The translations under genes were made by a program, and so were the position numbers. From the NCBI GenBank assembly GCA_000004985.1, contig GG738883.1: a DNA stretch of 64,000 bases. One strand, 5' to 3'. Origin of the DNA: Naegleria gruberi. Lineage: Eukaryota. The notes under the pieces were generated by a model. That model did not search any database. It saw only the letters and a program-made list of their open reading frames with translations, and had not been told where the DNA came from. Positions 40,874 to 52,893 of the stretch are shown here, piece by piece (the stretch's first letter is position 1; each line of letters begins with the position of its first letter).

Positions 40874-41252
40874 TTTTATTCCTTTGATGAAAAACACTTC
40901 CAATTATCTGATAGAAAAATCTCTTCCCATGATAACATGTTGATCTTTGATGTGAGAATAATCCACAATTTTCTCAGAGCATAAATTCAGTATTATATAA
41001 TTTAAGAAAAGAGATGATTAATGGCTATTCATCATCGGAATTGATTTTGAATAAACTTAAACTGTAAATTTTTACAAAACAAAAATTCAAAACAAGCCTT
41101 CATCACGCCTATTTGTTAGGAAACAAATTCTCTTGCTTTCTTTTGAAAAAATGTTTGTCCACCATTATCACAAGGAAAGGAATTCTAAAGTTTTATAAAT
41201 TCAAAGGCTTTGTGTTGCAAAACTAATACAAGACAAAAAAATTAAAAGTAAT

Positions 41253-43713
41253 ATGCTCCCTCAGACAAATAGTGATGATGATTCGCTGATTGATGATGAT
41301 CAACTTGCATCAATTTACGAAGCAATCTATCCATCAAATCAAATTAATGTAGTTGACAATAATAATAATCAAAGTGTATTAATTGATGATATAATGATTG
41401 TTGATCCTTCTTCGGAATCAACATTTAGGATCTATTTGAATGAATTTATATTTACAGAATATGAATATGTTGAAGTTACTCGTAATTATGAAAACCAAAA
41501 GGAATACAGAAAAACAAATGTCAATGCATGTGGTTGGTTGAAGAAGAATACTAAGAATTCTACTCCATACTTGGATAATAAGACGTATCAAATACCATTA
41601 GATCCTAATGGTGACTACTTTATTGAGAAACTGTTGCTAGTACAGATTAGCCCTGGTAAGATTCCAAAGAGATACTCTCTTGAGAGAACTATTCCTGAAT
41701 TTAGAGTCGATGCAAGTGGTAATCGTTATATTGGAGCAAAATTGAGGAAAATCAAAGCATTTAATGCTAATCAAGAAACTGTGAACAGAATTTTGAGGAT
41801 TTCCAAACATATACAGGATAAATTGATCCAAGAATGGCCTGAGAATTTGAGAGAAGATGTATTTTTATTACCATTGGTTTCCTCCTCAACTGGATCATCA
41901 GATATTTCACTGTTCAATGGTATTCCTTACTTGGATGTTTTGGAACAATTCTTCTCTAACAATAGTTTACTTATCCAAGATGCTGAGTTTGAGAAAAGGT
42001 TGAAAAACCCAAAAGGTTTATTAGTCAGATGTGAGCAAACATTTGAATACTCAATTTTAGGTAAGTATTTTACGCACAATTTTACCAATAGTTTCACCAG
42101 TTGGTCATTATCAAGGAAAATTGCTTGGCAGAAAACTCACCAAAGAATTGGTAAAGTGCTTCATTAGTAACCCACACTTAATAAGTGCCAAGAATGCTGA
42201 CATTGAAATTGATCCAAGTTATGTTTCATTCCCCAGATATGGACTTGAACTTGTTGAACAATTAAGAGAGCAATTTTACATGGAGTTAGATGTATTAATC
42301 CAGATGAATCACTATCAAAAAATGTTAGATTTTTATATTATCAAATTTCCTGGTTACCGTTTTCTTAAGGATCCATTATTGATTAGGGTAGCCCATACCT
42401 TCCCTTCCTATGCACACAAAATGAATTTTGGTCGTGGTCACTATGAGAGATTAGAGTTTATGGGAGATTCTGTGGTTAATCTTACTGCTTGTGTAGAACT
42501 GATCAAATCTTGCAGAAACGATGATTCAAAGAAGGGAGATTGGAATGCTGGATTCACTGTATTGATTGCCAACGATTCAATTACCAGAGAAGCAGAAAAG
42601 TTACAAATTTCTGAACATTTCCTCAATAGTTCTGATAAGTTTTCAAAAAAGGCACAGTCCAATGTTATTGAGTCTATCATTGGAGCATTGTACATGGCTG
42701 AAGGAATAAGAGGTGCTCGATCTTTTGCAAAGGAATTACTTATACCAACTAGCATTGACTTTAAATGTCTAAAGAAATTTTCTAGCTCCTTCCCAAGCGT
42801 TTCAAATGAGGGAGAGCAATGGAAAAGAGATGTTGAGCATATGAAGTTATTTATTGGACAAGATATTATAGAAAAATTGCAAGACATTTTGCATTATAGA
42901 TTTAGGGATGTTGGATTGATACAAGAGGCTCTAATTAGCTGCAGTTACAATAACACATTTATGGATCTAAGAAATGTACCCATGACTGAAAAGATTCAAA
43001 AATTTTTGAAAAAGAGAAATGATAGCAAAATAGTTGGCCTTTATCATTTGTACAATAATGAACAACTCAAATTATTGGGATCAGCACTACTCAAGTTTAT
43101 GGTCACTGAATTTGTTTACAAGAGATTTACAGAAGCACAGCCAAGCAAATTAACTTTGCTGGCTCACCAAATAATCTCAAAGCAAGGCAAAGTATTCTCA
43201 GCTATCCATGAAAAGTTTAGATTTGATCAATTCTTAATGAAGACTGATATCGACGCTGATTATTCAGAAATTCAGCAATCCTATGACTGTTTTACTGCCC
43301 TTTTGGGAGCTATTTTCATGGATCAAGATTGTTTATTTTATAAGTTTGAATTTGCAACAATTTCTAACACCTATACAGAAGAGCTTGCCAATTCTACTGA
43401 TCCTTGCTCATCTTATTTCCTCAAAAGACATGATGTTACTCCTGACAAGTTCTTCTATTCATTCTTGTTCCCTTATATCGAACAGTTTGAGTTGAGCCCT
43501 TATACCATTGAGCCTCCAAAGAAGCACACACTTCAACATTTGATCCAAGTCAACCACAAAAGCGTTCCATCTTATGTAAAGAATCAGGACGTATCCCAAG
43601 AGTTTTGTGTTACTATTATGGTAAATGGACAAGAGTTCAGTAAGGGTGTTTCTTCTAAATCTTTTGCAGAAGCAGAAGAACAAGCAATAGAAATGGGCTT
43701 GAAAATGTTTTAG
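41253..43713 (+). CDS. Dicer/Drosha-like class-3 RNase III (about 806 aa): two RNase III domains plus a C-terminal dsRBD, with no helicase or PAZ. Exons are 41253..42060 and 42101..43713, separated by a 40-nt intron.
   Basis: The RNase III signature is HYERLEFMGDSVV. The second domain is LLGSALLKFMVTEFVY...DCFTALLGAIFMDQD. The dsRBD is KKHTLQHLIQVNHKSVPSYV...EAEEQAIEMGLKMF. Removing GTAAGTATTTTACGCACAATTTTACCAATAGTTTCACCAG at 42061..42100 joins the two ORF-track ORFs in frame. Confidence 0.75.
42061..42100 (+). other. 40-nt spliceosomal intron (GTAAGT...CACCAG)
   Basis: This is the only canonical GT..AG choice that joins the 41253 ORF (phase 1) to the 42121 ORF frame. Confidence 0.65.
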
Positions 43714-43743
43714 TGTAATTAAAATTGTTTTACTATTGATCCC

Positions 43744-44770
43744 TTAATTTGATGTTTCTGTTACTACACTTGGCTTTTCTACTAAAGATCCTTCACTGGC
43801 TAATTGTTCTTCATTCCTGTCCAAAATAAATTTCTTAATCTCGTACATCATATCTTCAAAATAGAGACTTTCACAATTATTATGTCCAGCATCTGGTAAT
43901 GAAACAAATCTCGAGCATGATTTTTCATTTGGATTCAATTTTGATGATGCAATCTTATACAGAGTGTATCCATGTTCATAAGGAACAACCACATCCTTTC
44001 TGCCATGGAATATAAGAATAGGAATATTCTTCAAGAATGAGTAGTTACAAATCGATGCCATCTTTTCCTCATTTTTCATCATGTCAGCTATGTAAGTTAG
44101 TGAAATATTAAAATATTAAATTACGTACAAATGAAAAAGTCTGGTACTGTAAATGCATTAAATTTCGTCTTTACAGCACTTAATAATGGAGATTGTAAAA
44201 CCATACCCTTGATTTTAATTCTCTTTTCTACACATTCCTTGAATAAATCAGTGGTTGGTCCTGAACCAATCGATCGTCCATAAATAATTATTTCCTCTGT
44301 AGGAACTATCTTACAATCCGTTAAGAATTTAAATGCTAATCTAATATCTATTGAATATTAAAATTTCCGATATTATCACAAAACTCACCTGAAAAGAAAT
44401 GTTTTTCAGTTGGTGTATTATTTGAACATCCATATCCTTGATAATCATAAGCAATTGTATTACATTTTAAATATCTGCTCAGATAAATCATCCACTTCTT
44501 TAACTGTCCAATATCTTCTGCATTTCCGTGAGAATACAGTATTGTTGTTTTGGCACCAGGATAAACACAATGAAAAGCACTTAATCTTTGTGATTCCTCT
44601 TTAGAGTCGTTTAAAAAGTTATCAAACGGATCAAAGTCTTTTATACAGTCAGGAGTTATATAGAATGTTGATTTCAAGTCTTCATTTACAACATTTGTAC
44701 ATTCACTATCAGGAGGTAAATAGGAGGCAGGATTAGGTGGTCTAAAAACAATATAATCAATCGGAATCAT
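43744..44770 (-). CDS. ABHD17/FAM108-like alpha/beta-hydrolase (about 310 aa). Three exons: 44389..44770, 44129..44335 and 43744..44087. Introns: 44336..44388 (53 nt) and 44088..44128 (41 nt).
   Basis: Exon 1 reads ...ILYSHGNAEDIGQ...YDYQGYGCSNN. Exon 2 restores the GxSxG nucleophile (IIIYGRSIGSGPTTDL). Exon 3 reads PILIFHGRKDVVVPYEHG...LPDAGHNN. Both introns are GT..AG, and the second has a CACTAAC branch-like motif. Confidence 0.75.
44088..44128 (-). other. 41-nt spliceosomal intron (GTACGT...CACTAAC..CATAG)
   Basis: It joins ...VPDFFI to S-DMMKNEEK..., matching the ABHD17 ...FDAFPNIEK... block. Confidence 0.6.
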
Positions 44771-45543
44771 GATCAATTTAAATTTAAATATATTCAATGA
44801 TGATGAATAGGAAACACAATCTTTCTATTACTACTAAATATTCAACAATAAAACAAATTATAAAAAACAAATTGTCTCCTCTATCTGCAATTATCTAATT
44901 GTCTCGATCGCTGGTAAAAAGTAAGCTAGGTTACGATGTATTTTTTGTTCCACTTCACGCAATGTTCCTACAAGTCCAATTCATCATCAACAGCCTTTGA
45001 TGACGCTAATGACGAAAAGCTGGAAGGTGTTTGGATCAAGAAAATGGAATTAAATTCGATGTACTCCTCGGAGGTAAAATTAAGTCGGGTTTGTGAGTGT
45101 GACATTGTAAGCGTAGGATTGATCAATTCCTTCTTTTATGGACTAAGGATATTCATGTCTTTTCAATAAGTAATAATGTATCTCTTCTTTCCTTGGAAAA
45201 CAATGTAACATCTATCAAAAAAATCTGTGATATGAAAACCTACAGTAGACTATTTACCCCAACCCGATACAACAAAGATTGTTGTAATTAATCTTTGGAA
45301 ATACAGAAGTGTATCTGGTTTACAGAATTGTTGGCAGTGTTCCTCTCCAATTTGAATACTCTACAGAAGATATTGATTTCTTGATCCTTATTTGTTGATT
45401 TTTATAAGTTGGAATATTGTCTCTTATATCCTTCGTAAATATTGTGGAACTCGTGAATCCACAGAGTATCTTTGGAGGTGTTCAATGCAAACGATCCAAC
45501 ATATTATTTCTGTCAAATCAAATAACCATTTGAATAGGAGAAT

Positions 45544-46314
45544 TTAAAGCAAAATCTCATTATCACCGATTGTTAGCAACAATTCTTTAGCTTTAGGATG
45601 ACTGTAATCTATAGCAAGAGAACAAAAGAATCTAGCTCTATCAAATTGATCATTTGATTTGTTTAAACAACAGGCTGCATTATAGCAACAAGTGCCTAGA
45701 AATACGCTGTCTTCTGAGTGAACAAATTTTCCCATTAAGTAACAGAAAATGAAGGCCTCAGCTGCCAATTCATAGTTTTTGTTTCTAAACAAACCAATTG
45801 CAACATCCTGTTGAGCCATAATTCTTGTTCTTAATTGATCTCCTTGTTCAGAATTGGAAAATTCAGAAAGCCATTGGTTGTTTGGGGAACAGAGAAGACA
45901 AAGTACTTTCCCTGGTTCCAGTTCATATATGATAGAGTTTGAGGCAAGCTGGAAAGGTCTGAAGGAATTGACTCTAATAAGATTCATAAAATCAAGTAAC
46001 AGAAACCTGCCAATAACTATATCATCTTCTTCAAAATGGTTAGCCGCCACAATATTTGAAGAAGCTCCACTAATATCTAATGAAGGAATGTTAACACTGC
46101 ACAATCCCATTTTCTCAACATTTGATCCTTCATGGAAACTCATGAATAATCCAACTTCGCCGAACATTTTGGAGAATGTGGCTGGAGATACAGCAATACC
46201 AGAGTCACAACCAGTGTCCAACACAACATTTCGAAACTCAAATTGTTTGCCATTCGCAATTATAATAATCTTATTAATCGTATCTTTTCTGTCTTCGCTT
46301 GATGAAGACATCAT
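45544..46314 (-). CDS. retropepsin-like aspartyl protease domain protein (about 256 aa from MMSSSSEDRK) with a helical C-terminal region
   Basis: IIIIANGKQFEFRNVVLDTGCDSGIAVSP carries a D-T/S-G active-site motif in a retroviral-protease-like context. No flanking retroelement ORFs or LTRs are seen. Confidence 0.55.
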   Translation of the reverse strand: MMSSSSEDRKDTINKIIIIANGKQFEFRNVVLDTGCDSGIAVSPATFSKMFGEVGLFMSFHEGSNVEKMGLCSVNIPSLDISGASSNIVAANHFEEDDIVIGRFLLLDFMNLIRVNSFRPFQLASNSIIYELEPGKVLCLLCSPNNQWLSEFSNSEQGDQLRTRIMAQQDVAIGLFRNKNYELAAEAFIFCYLMGKFVHSEDSVFLGTCCYNAACCLNKSNDQFDRARFFCSLAIDYSHPKAKELLLTIGDNEILL

Positions 46315-46525
46315 TCTAACTTTCGGAATACAATCTGGTGTAACTGAGGTTTTGATTGTCACAGGCTTTATGGTTTTCTTTGGACCCAAAAGATTTTCAA
46401 CCTTAACACGAATCACCATTTTTTTTAACTTTTAATTTTACCTCTGTAGATGATATTCGAATGGTTTATAGTGATGTAACTAGAAGTATGGAAACAATGA
46501 AATAAAAATCAATGGGATATTGTCT

Positions 46526-49093
46526 TTACCAATAGTCACCACAAGTACATTTTCCATCCTTAAAATGGTGGAACCGTGAGGCATCACGAATTATTATTTC
46601 ACAATTTCTAACTGCTGACAACAATTTAGTGGCATTATGGCAATCTCCACAAACCCTCAAGTTCGTTGTTAAATGAATTGTTGATGTATTTGGCTGTTTG
46701 TTGAAAGCATATGCCATGGCTATCTTTTCAGAATGTTTGTATAGTAAATCCAGTTTTTCTGCATCAGTGTCAACATTTTTAATCACCCAGCTTAGGTCTG
46801 GTTGATAACCTGCCTTAATGAGATCAGCTACCATTTTTTTTAGTTCTTTCTCTATCATCTTTATCTCTGGATGCTCCTTTTCTTCACAAACAAAAGAATG
46901 CATTTTCCCTTCGATACAAACTTGCGTCATACTTGGTAACTTTTTAAATCCACCAAATTCCATCAACTCTTTAACCCTTTTGGCGTCTTCGTACATGTCT
47001 TGAGAAGCATAAATGTTAGCCATTAAAATGAAGTGAGATGATTCCACTTCATTTCGTTCAATAAGCATATTGAAAAGTTTCTCTGCTAAGGTGACATTGT
47101 TGAATTTTCTACAGACCCCAAATAAAGTGGACACAGTAACAACGTCAGGACTGATACAAGACCCTAGCAATTTCTCAGCCTCTTTAATATTACCTTTTCT
47201 TGCCAATGCATCGATCAAACATGCCAAATGTATGTTTGATGGTTTGATTGAATATTTGGACTCCATGTGGTTGTATATTTCTTTTGCTTCGTCCACCATA
47301 CCACAATGGCCACATGCATGCAACACACATGTTAGAGTATGCTCATTTGGTTTAATATTTTCTTTGCTCATTTGGTTCAAAAGTTCAATAGCCTTCAATC
47401 CCATTCCATGTATTGCATAAGCATTTATGATACAGGTCCACGAAACAACATCTTTGTTTGGTACTGAGAGGAAAACTTCATGTGCACTTGTTAAATCTCC
47501 ACATTTTGCATACATATTAATGAGTGCATTAAACAAGTTGTGGTCTCTGATTCTTAGCTCACTAATATTTCTGTGAATTATTTTTCCAAAATCCAAATTT
47601 CCAAATTCAGAGCATACAGAAAGAAGCAAAATAAGGGTTGGTACATCTGGAACCAAGTTGTTATTGATCATATCTTCGTACAGGGAGATAGCTTCTGGCA
47701 TTTTCTTAAGATTGGCCCATAACTTTATCATACATCCATAATGTGCTGTAATTCTTGCTATCTTGAATAAGGTGTTCATATTATCGAACAAGAAACATGC
47801 TTCTTGTTCCATAGAATGATTTGCAAAAAATGTTAACATAACCGTCATGGTTACATCATTCGGTTGGGTATACTTTGGCATGATCTTGAAATAAAGTAAT
47901 AATCTTTTTGTATCTCCATTTTGGGAGCATCCCTTAAGAAATGAGTTCCATGTTATTACATCTTTGAATTCCATTTGGTTGAATATTGATTCTGCATGTT
48001 CTACTTTACCACTCTTCAAAAACGAATCCAAAAGAACATTGAAAACAAAAACAGAGGTAACGCCTTCACTAATAATAATACTTTCTATTTCTTCCAACCT
48101 ACCCTCTTCACAATACGTTGGTATGATTAGTGTCCAAGTTGTATCGTCCAGTTGTTTCGTTTTAAGCATCTTCATAAACAGTTCTATTGCTGTTTGAGTT
48201 TCCCCACATTTCGAAAACATGTTAATGAGATTATTCTGAACAGTAATACTCCTGTATAGTTCATAATTTTTCATAATTGTTTCGTGCAATTTTTTCCCAT
48301 TAACTAGAGATCGAGTAATAGCACATCCTTTCAACAAAAGAATAAATGTTACTTCGTTTGGAATGAGTTCTTTCTCTTGTCTGTAAATATTCATAGCTTC
48401 CTCACTTTCTCCATTCTCAATCAATGCCTTTATCAGACAATTAAAGTGAATAATATCTGGAGAAACGCCATATTCTTTCATTGAAAAATAAATTTCTTTG
48501 GCCTTTTCGCTCATGTTTGAATTGGCAAGAGAATTCAATAGTGAAGAAAATGTTTTGGGTTCTATTGGAATCTGTTTGCTTTTGACATATTTTAACAATT
48601 CAAATATGGTGGAAATATGTCCTGTATTGCAAAATCCTCTAATAATATAATTCCATGTTGGTGGATTTACTTTCTTCTTATATTCTTCTTGTAATGAAAG
48701 CATAATTGTTGAGAGATCATCCCATAATGAGGTACTTCTGTCACTGCTTTCGATTTTGCAATAACTTATTAATGAAATAATAACAAAATAATTTAAAAGT
48801 GATTTCTCCTTCAATAAATAATAGGCTTTAAAAGAATCATCCAACGACAACAATCTTTTTGATATGAGTAAGTTGGCATCAAAGGAATTTGGTTTCTGGA
48901 AAAAATGTTTCGTTGCTGAATCAACTTTTCCTTCGGCTATTAAATTTCGAACCACTCGATAATCAAAAACAGGAGAGTACGTATGGAAACTATGAAATTT
49001 ATTTGTATCACTAAACTTCAGAGTTTCCATATAAGATTTCTTGCACTTAAGGTTCTTGAAAAGAAAATTTTCAGCACAAACCAGCACACGCAT
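46526..49093 (-). CDS. pentatricopeptide-repeat protein with a C-terminal DYW cytidine-deaminase domain (855 aa); a putative organellar C-to-U RNA-editing factor
   Basis: AAAAAAATG start. There are more than 15 PPR-like 35-aa repeats. The C-terminus reads HSEKIAMAYAF...LRVCGDCHNATKLLSAVRNCEIIIRDASRFHHFKDGKCTCGDYW*, carrying the HxE and CxDCH zinc motifs and the terminal DYW. Confidence 0.85.
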   Translation of the reverse strand: MRVLVCAENFLFKNLKCKKSYMETLKFSDTNKFHSFHTYSPVFDYRVVRNLIAEGKVDSATKHFFQKPNSFDANLLISKRLLSLDDSFKAYYLLKEKSLLNYFVIISLISYCKIESSDRSTSLWDDLSTIMLSLQEEYKKKVNPPTWNYIIRGFCNTGHISTIFELLKYVKSKQIPIEPKTFSSLLNSLANSNMSEKAKEIYFSMKEYGVSPDIIHFNCLIKALIENGESEEAMNIYRQEKELIPNEVTFILLLKGCAITRSLVNGKKLHETIMKNYELYRSITVQNNLINMFSKCGETQTAIELFMKMLKTKQLDDTTWTLIIPTYCEEGRLEEIESIIISEGVTSVFVFNVLLDSFLKSGKVEHAESIFNQMEFKDVITWNSFLKGCSQNGDTKRLLLYFKIMPKYTQPNDVTMTVMLTFFANHSMEQEACFLFDNMNTLFKIARITAHYGCMIKLWANLKKMPEAISLYEDMINNNLVPDVPTLILLLSVCSEFGNLDFGKIIHRNISELRIRDHNLFNALINMYAKCGDLTSAHEVFLSVPNKDVVSWTCIINAYAIHGMGLKAIELLNQMSKENIKPNEHTLTCVLHACGHCGMVDEAKEIYNHMESKYSIKPSNIHLACLIDALARKGNIKEAEKLLGSCISPDVVTVSTLFGVCRKFNNVTLAEKLFNMLIERNEVESSHFILMANIYASQDMYEDAKRVKELMEFGGFKKLPSMTQVCIEGKMHSFVCEEKEHPEIKMIEKELKKMVADLIKAGYQPDLSWVIKNVDTDAEKLDLLYKHSEKIAMAYAFNKQPNTSTIHLTTNLRVCGDCHNATKLLSAVRNCEIIIRDASRFHHFKDGKCTCGDYW

Positions 49094-49354
49094 TTTTTTA
49101 ACAATACTCTTAAGAATAAATATACTTCATCAAAAGCTGCACCATGTGGTTTTTATATTCAATCATCAATTAATTCGGAATGTATCTTAGCTCCTTCAAG
49201 ATCAAATATCATTATAACTAATAGTTAAGGCTGGTCAATCGAGTCAATTTCTTTATGTGCCTTTTCTCTCAATAGTGTTAACAGAAATATCAAGATTGGT
49301 CAATTTACTAACGGGTTTTAATTATTAAGGCTTTTAATAAATAGAACAAAAAAA

Positions 49355-52300
49355 ATGACACACAGAAAAACTCTTTACGTTAAAGTTCCCACGATCGATG
49401 CTACAAAAGATGAAGAAACTCCTAATCATCAACAAGACCCAGAGCTAAAAACACCCACAGGTCTTCTCGGAAGAGGGAGAAGTAGAGGTCGAGGAAGAGG
49501 AAAAGGTACACACCTTGTTTTTAACCAAAAAAATAAGGCTCAAACTCTACAAAAAAGAACATCTCATAACCAAGTTACAAGCAAAATTCAATATGAGGTA
49601 GAGATTGTTACAAAGATACAAACATCAACGGAGGCTACATCACAACAACCATCCACAATCACACAAAAAGAAATCATCACTTCTTGTATATCTCAAACTT
49701 CAACAACAGAAAGCGAAATCATTGTTCCTAATAGAAAAATTGTTAATCTCAAGGAAGTTCAAACCCTGACAAGGGAAGAGGTTTGCTCAATGATACACCC
49801 ATATTTACCTCGTGACATAATTCAGCAACAATTTGAGTTGGGATTGGATGGTACAGTAGTTTTTAATTACTTAAGAAACAAGGGTACTGACATACCACCC
49901 CAGTACACTAATTTTGTTTGGTTAGGCGTAACTGTTTTAACTGAAAAAAGACTTTTTCCATTTTGGAACGAAGAATTCACGATCCGTAAACTTCGGGAAA
50001 AGAAGATCATTAAGGATGTCAATACTAAATTTAATGTCAATGATTATATTTCGAGAATTGCTGATGGTATTTATAACAATGAATCTTTACCCCTCATCAG
50101 AGAAGAATCTGTGTTTTTATCTTCAATAACTGATAACAAATGGGAGTTATTGGTCAAATTTGTGACAGATTTAATGACTATCGAAATTATTCCTTTTCAT
50201 TATTCTTACAAAATTTCTGAATTACTATTGGAATTACCAAAATCCTTTAATCAGTCGAAGCAGAGATGGTGTTTAAAGATCCAGGAAGCAGTACGAGATC
50301 AAAAGGGTAAATTAGGAAGTTTATTCAAACAAGCAATACTTCCAGATCATTACAAAGGATTTTATGCCATTAAAAGAGATCCTATGTTGCGTGAATGGAC
50401 TTACCACTTTAACGAATTGAAAATTCCAGAAAACAAAGGAAAGCCTTTGATTGACCTATTATCAAAAGATATTTCAGTTGGGAGAGGCAACGATTTTGGA
50501 TATGGTATTATCCCAATTATTGATTTGTCAACCTCTGGAAAGACTTATACAATGTTTCAACTGGTCAACTCAATTCCTACAATTAATTACAAATTCTTTT
50601 TTGTTATACACATTTATCAGTCATCTCTATTTTGTGAGGCACTAATAGAAAATATTAAGTCGAACAAACGCCCAATATCTGAACTCGTAGCCTCATTTGT
50701 GTTAACTATATTAATAACAATTAAAACTTTGGTTGAAACAGAACCTGATATCCACCCGCGTGATTTTTTGAAGTAGGTATTTAATTTTATTGTTTTTTAT
50801 CAAATGATTGAAATCAACAGATTTATTAGAGATGAAGGTGATGTATGTTTAACAGAAATATTTAAAAAATTAGTTTCTACCTATTTTGAAAAGAAGATTA
50901 GTGTTTTGAATGAAGATCTTACAAATGAATTAAAAGAAAAAATGATTAAGGTGGTATTTTCATTTGATGAAGCTCAAACATTGCTTGAGTATAAAACCGA
51001 TTCATGTTGTTTGATTAATGAACTGTGCAAAGAAATTAGACGTTACAATAATCCAGTATTTCTTGGAACAACCTTTAGTATTTCAAAGGCTGTGTTAAAT
51101 GTTAGTCAAGAAGGAAGGCAATTTTTGTTTCCTGTAATTGGTACTCTTGAGCCTTGGTATTTGAATGATGTTGACAAGATATTAAGTCACATGTTCAATA
51201 TTGAAGATTTTAAGAAAGATAATGAAGAAGAGTATTGGATATTATGCTATTTACTATCTGGCGCACCTGAGAATGTAGTTAGATTCCACCAAACATTATA
51301 TCAACACGCAGAACTCTATCATAACGATAGTCTGGCTCTTTTTAGGAAAAGTCTTGAAGAAGTTGTACAGTTCAAAGAAGAGAGAAGTGCAGTTAGAATT
51401 GTATCTTTTTTGAATGATACATCAATCATGGACAGAGAAGATCATTTGTTAAAACTTATTTTTGACAGAGAAGTCGAAAATCAAAAGTTGATGAATTCAG
51501 ATTTGGTCATGAATAGTTTCAAGAGGGCATTCATTGAAAAAACCATTGCTTTTGTTGTTAGGAAAGACACAAATTCTTTATTTGAGATTGTAGATCCAAT
51601 TATTGCAAAATCATATTTTACAATTTTAGTGGAAGATTACACAGAAATGATGGTTTCTTTCATGACAGCCAACTTCACTAAGAGGGGAGAAGACTTTGAG
51701 CTATTTATGGTTATATTACTAATACTTGAAAGTAATAGATTGAAAGATCAACCTATGGTTGTTAGTCCATTATTTGCAAGTGCAACCAGTTTGTGCAAGT
51801 ATCAACTGATTACTAGAACCTTTCTAAATGATAAACATTTAAGCAAAAAGCTTTTATCACAATTTGCCAACATTTCAAGCATTTGGTATTGCCAATTGGC
51901 ATGCCATTTCTTTATGGATACATATGTGAAATCAGATAATAATATGGGGCCACTTGTGCTATGACACTTATATCTGACGGAATTACCGATAAAGAACAGC
52001 CCCATAAAGCCATCAATCTATTCAGAACTCTTTCCTTTGGAACAAAAACTGGACGAGGCAATAATTTCAAAGTTCCAACTTCACTTGTCAATCTACCATG
52101 CGTAAGATGGATTGTAGCACCAAATATGAAGAAAAACTTGTTTTCTGAGAGGAACCTTAGGAATGAGTATTCGTATTTGAATTCTGAAACACCAATTGAC
52201 GATGCATTTGCATGTCTTCAAAATAATTCTCTTGAATTGGTTATCACTGGATCAGGGGATATTAGTAAGTGCATTGAATGTTATCGTTCAAAACCGTACT

Positions 52301-52380
52301 ATGAGAATTTGAAATCATTATGGAAGAAATTCAAGTTAAACAAAAAGAAAAAAGGAAACAAAAAATCCGTTAAGGATTAG
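49355..52380 (+). CDS. large hypothetical protein (about 990 aa) with an RGG-rich N-terminus (GRGRSRGRGRGKG). It appears as three ORF pieces: 49355..50772, a 48-nt intron at 50773..50820 that contains an in-frame TAG, then 50821..51964, then a frame break in the GGGG run at 51946-51949, then on to 52380.
   Basis: ORF1 and ORF2 share a frame and are separated only by TAG inside GTAGGTATTT...ATCAACAG. ORF3 opens at 51943 in the +1 frame. Adding one G gives a continuous ...NNMGATCAMTLISDG.... Confidence 0.5.
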
Positions 52381-52893
52381 TCTGCGTTTTACCAAGAAAG
52401 CTACTTGAAATATATTTCTATATATTTATAATAAAATTACAAATTGGAAATAGTCTCGTGAAGCACATGCCAATTCATTGAAAATTGAGTAATCTGCTGA
52501 AGTATTCGGATGATGATGTAATACCAACTTGGAATTTTGCTAAAAATATAATTATTTCCGTTCTTGTCCCGTTGAAGTATTGTGAGAGCCACCGTTTTCA
52601 TGTGCTATGCAATTTGGTTGTATAATGTTGCTGTTGCGCTCGAAAGGTTCAATCAACTTTGTAAACGCAAAAACCTATACAATTTACTCGTCACATCATC
52701 TATCGCTTTCCAGTGTTTTGATTGGAGGGGCAAAAATATTTGTATTGCTACCAAAATGCCTGCAAATTAAAAATAACTGTGCTCGAGAAAACAGTAAACC
52801 TTCAAGACAAAAAAACTGCACAACATCAATACACGAGCGCGGCTCTTACCACACAATCACACACTAATCATCGTTAATTAAATATTCAGCAAG

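Noticed and set aside
47070-48197. Plus-strand ORFs inside the PPR-DYW gene (46818.., 47070.., 47964..)
   Set aside because: Antisense to a gene with an unambiguous DYW domain.
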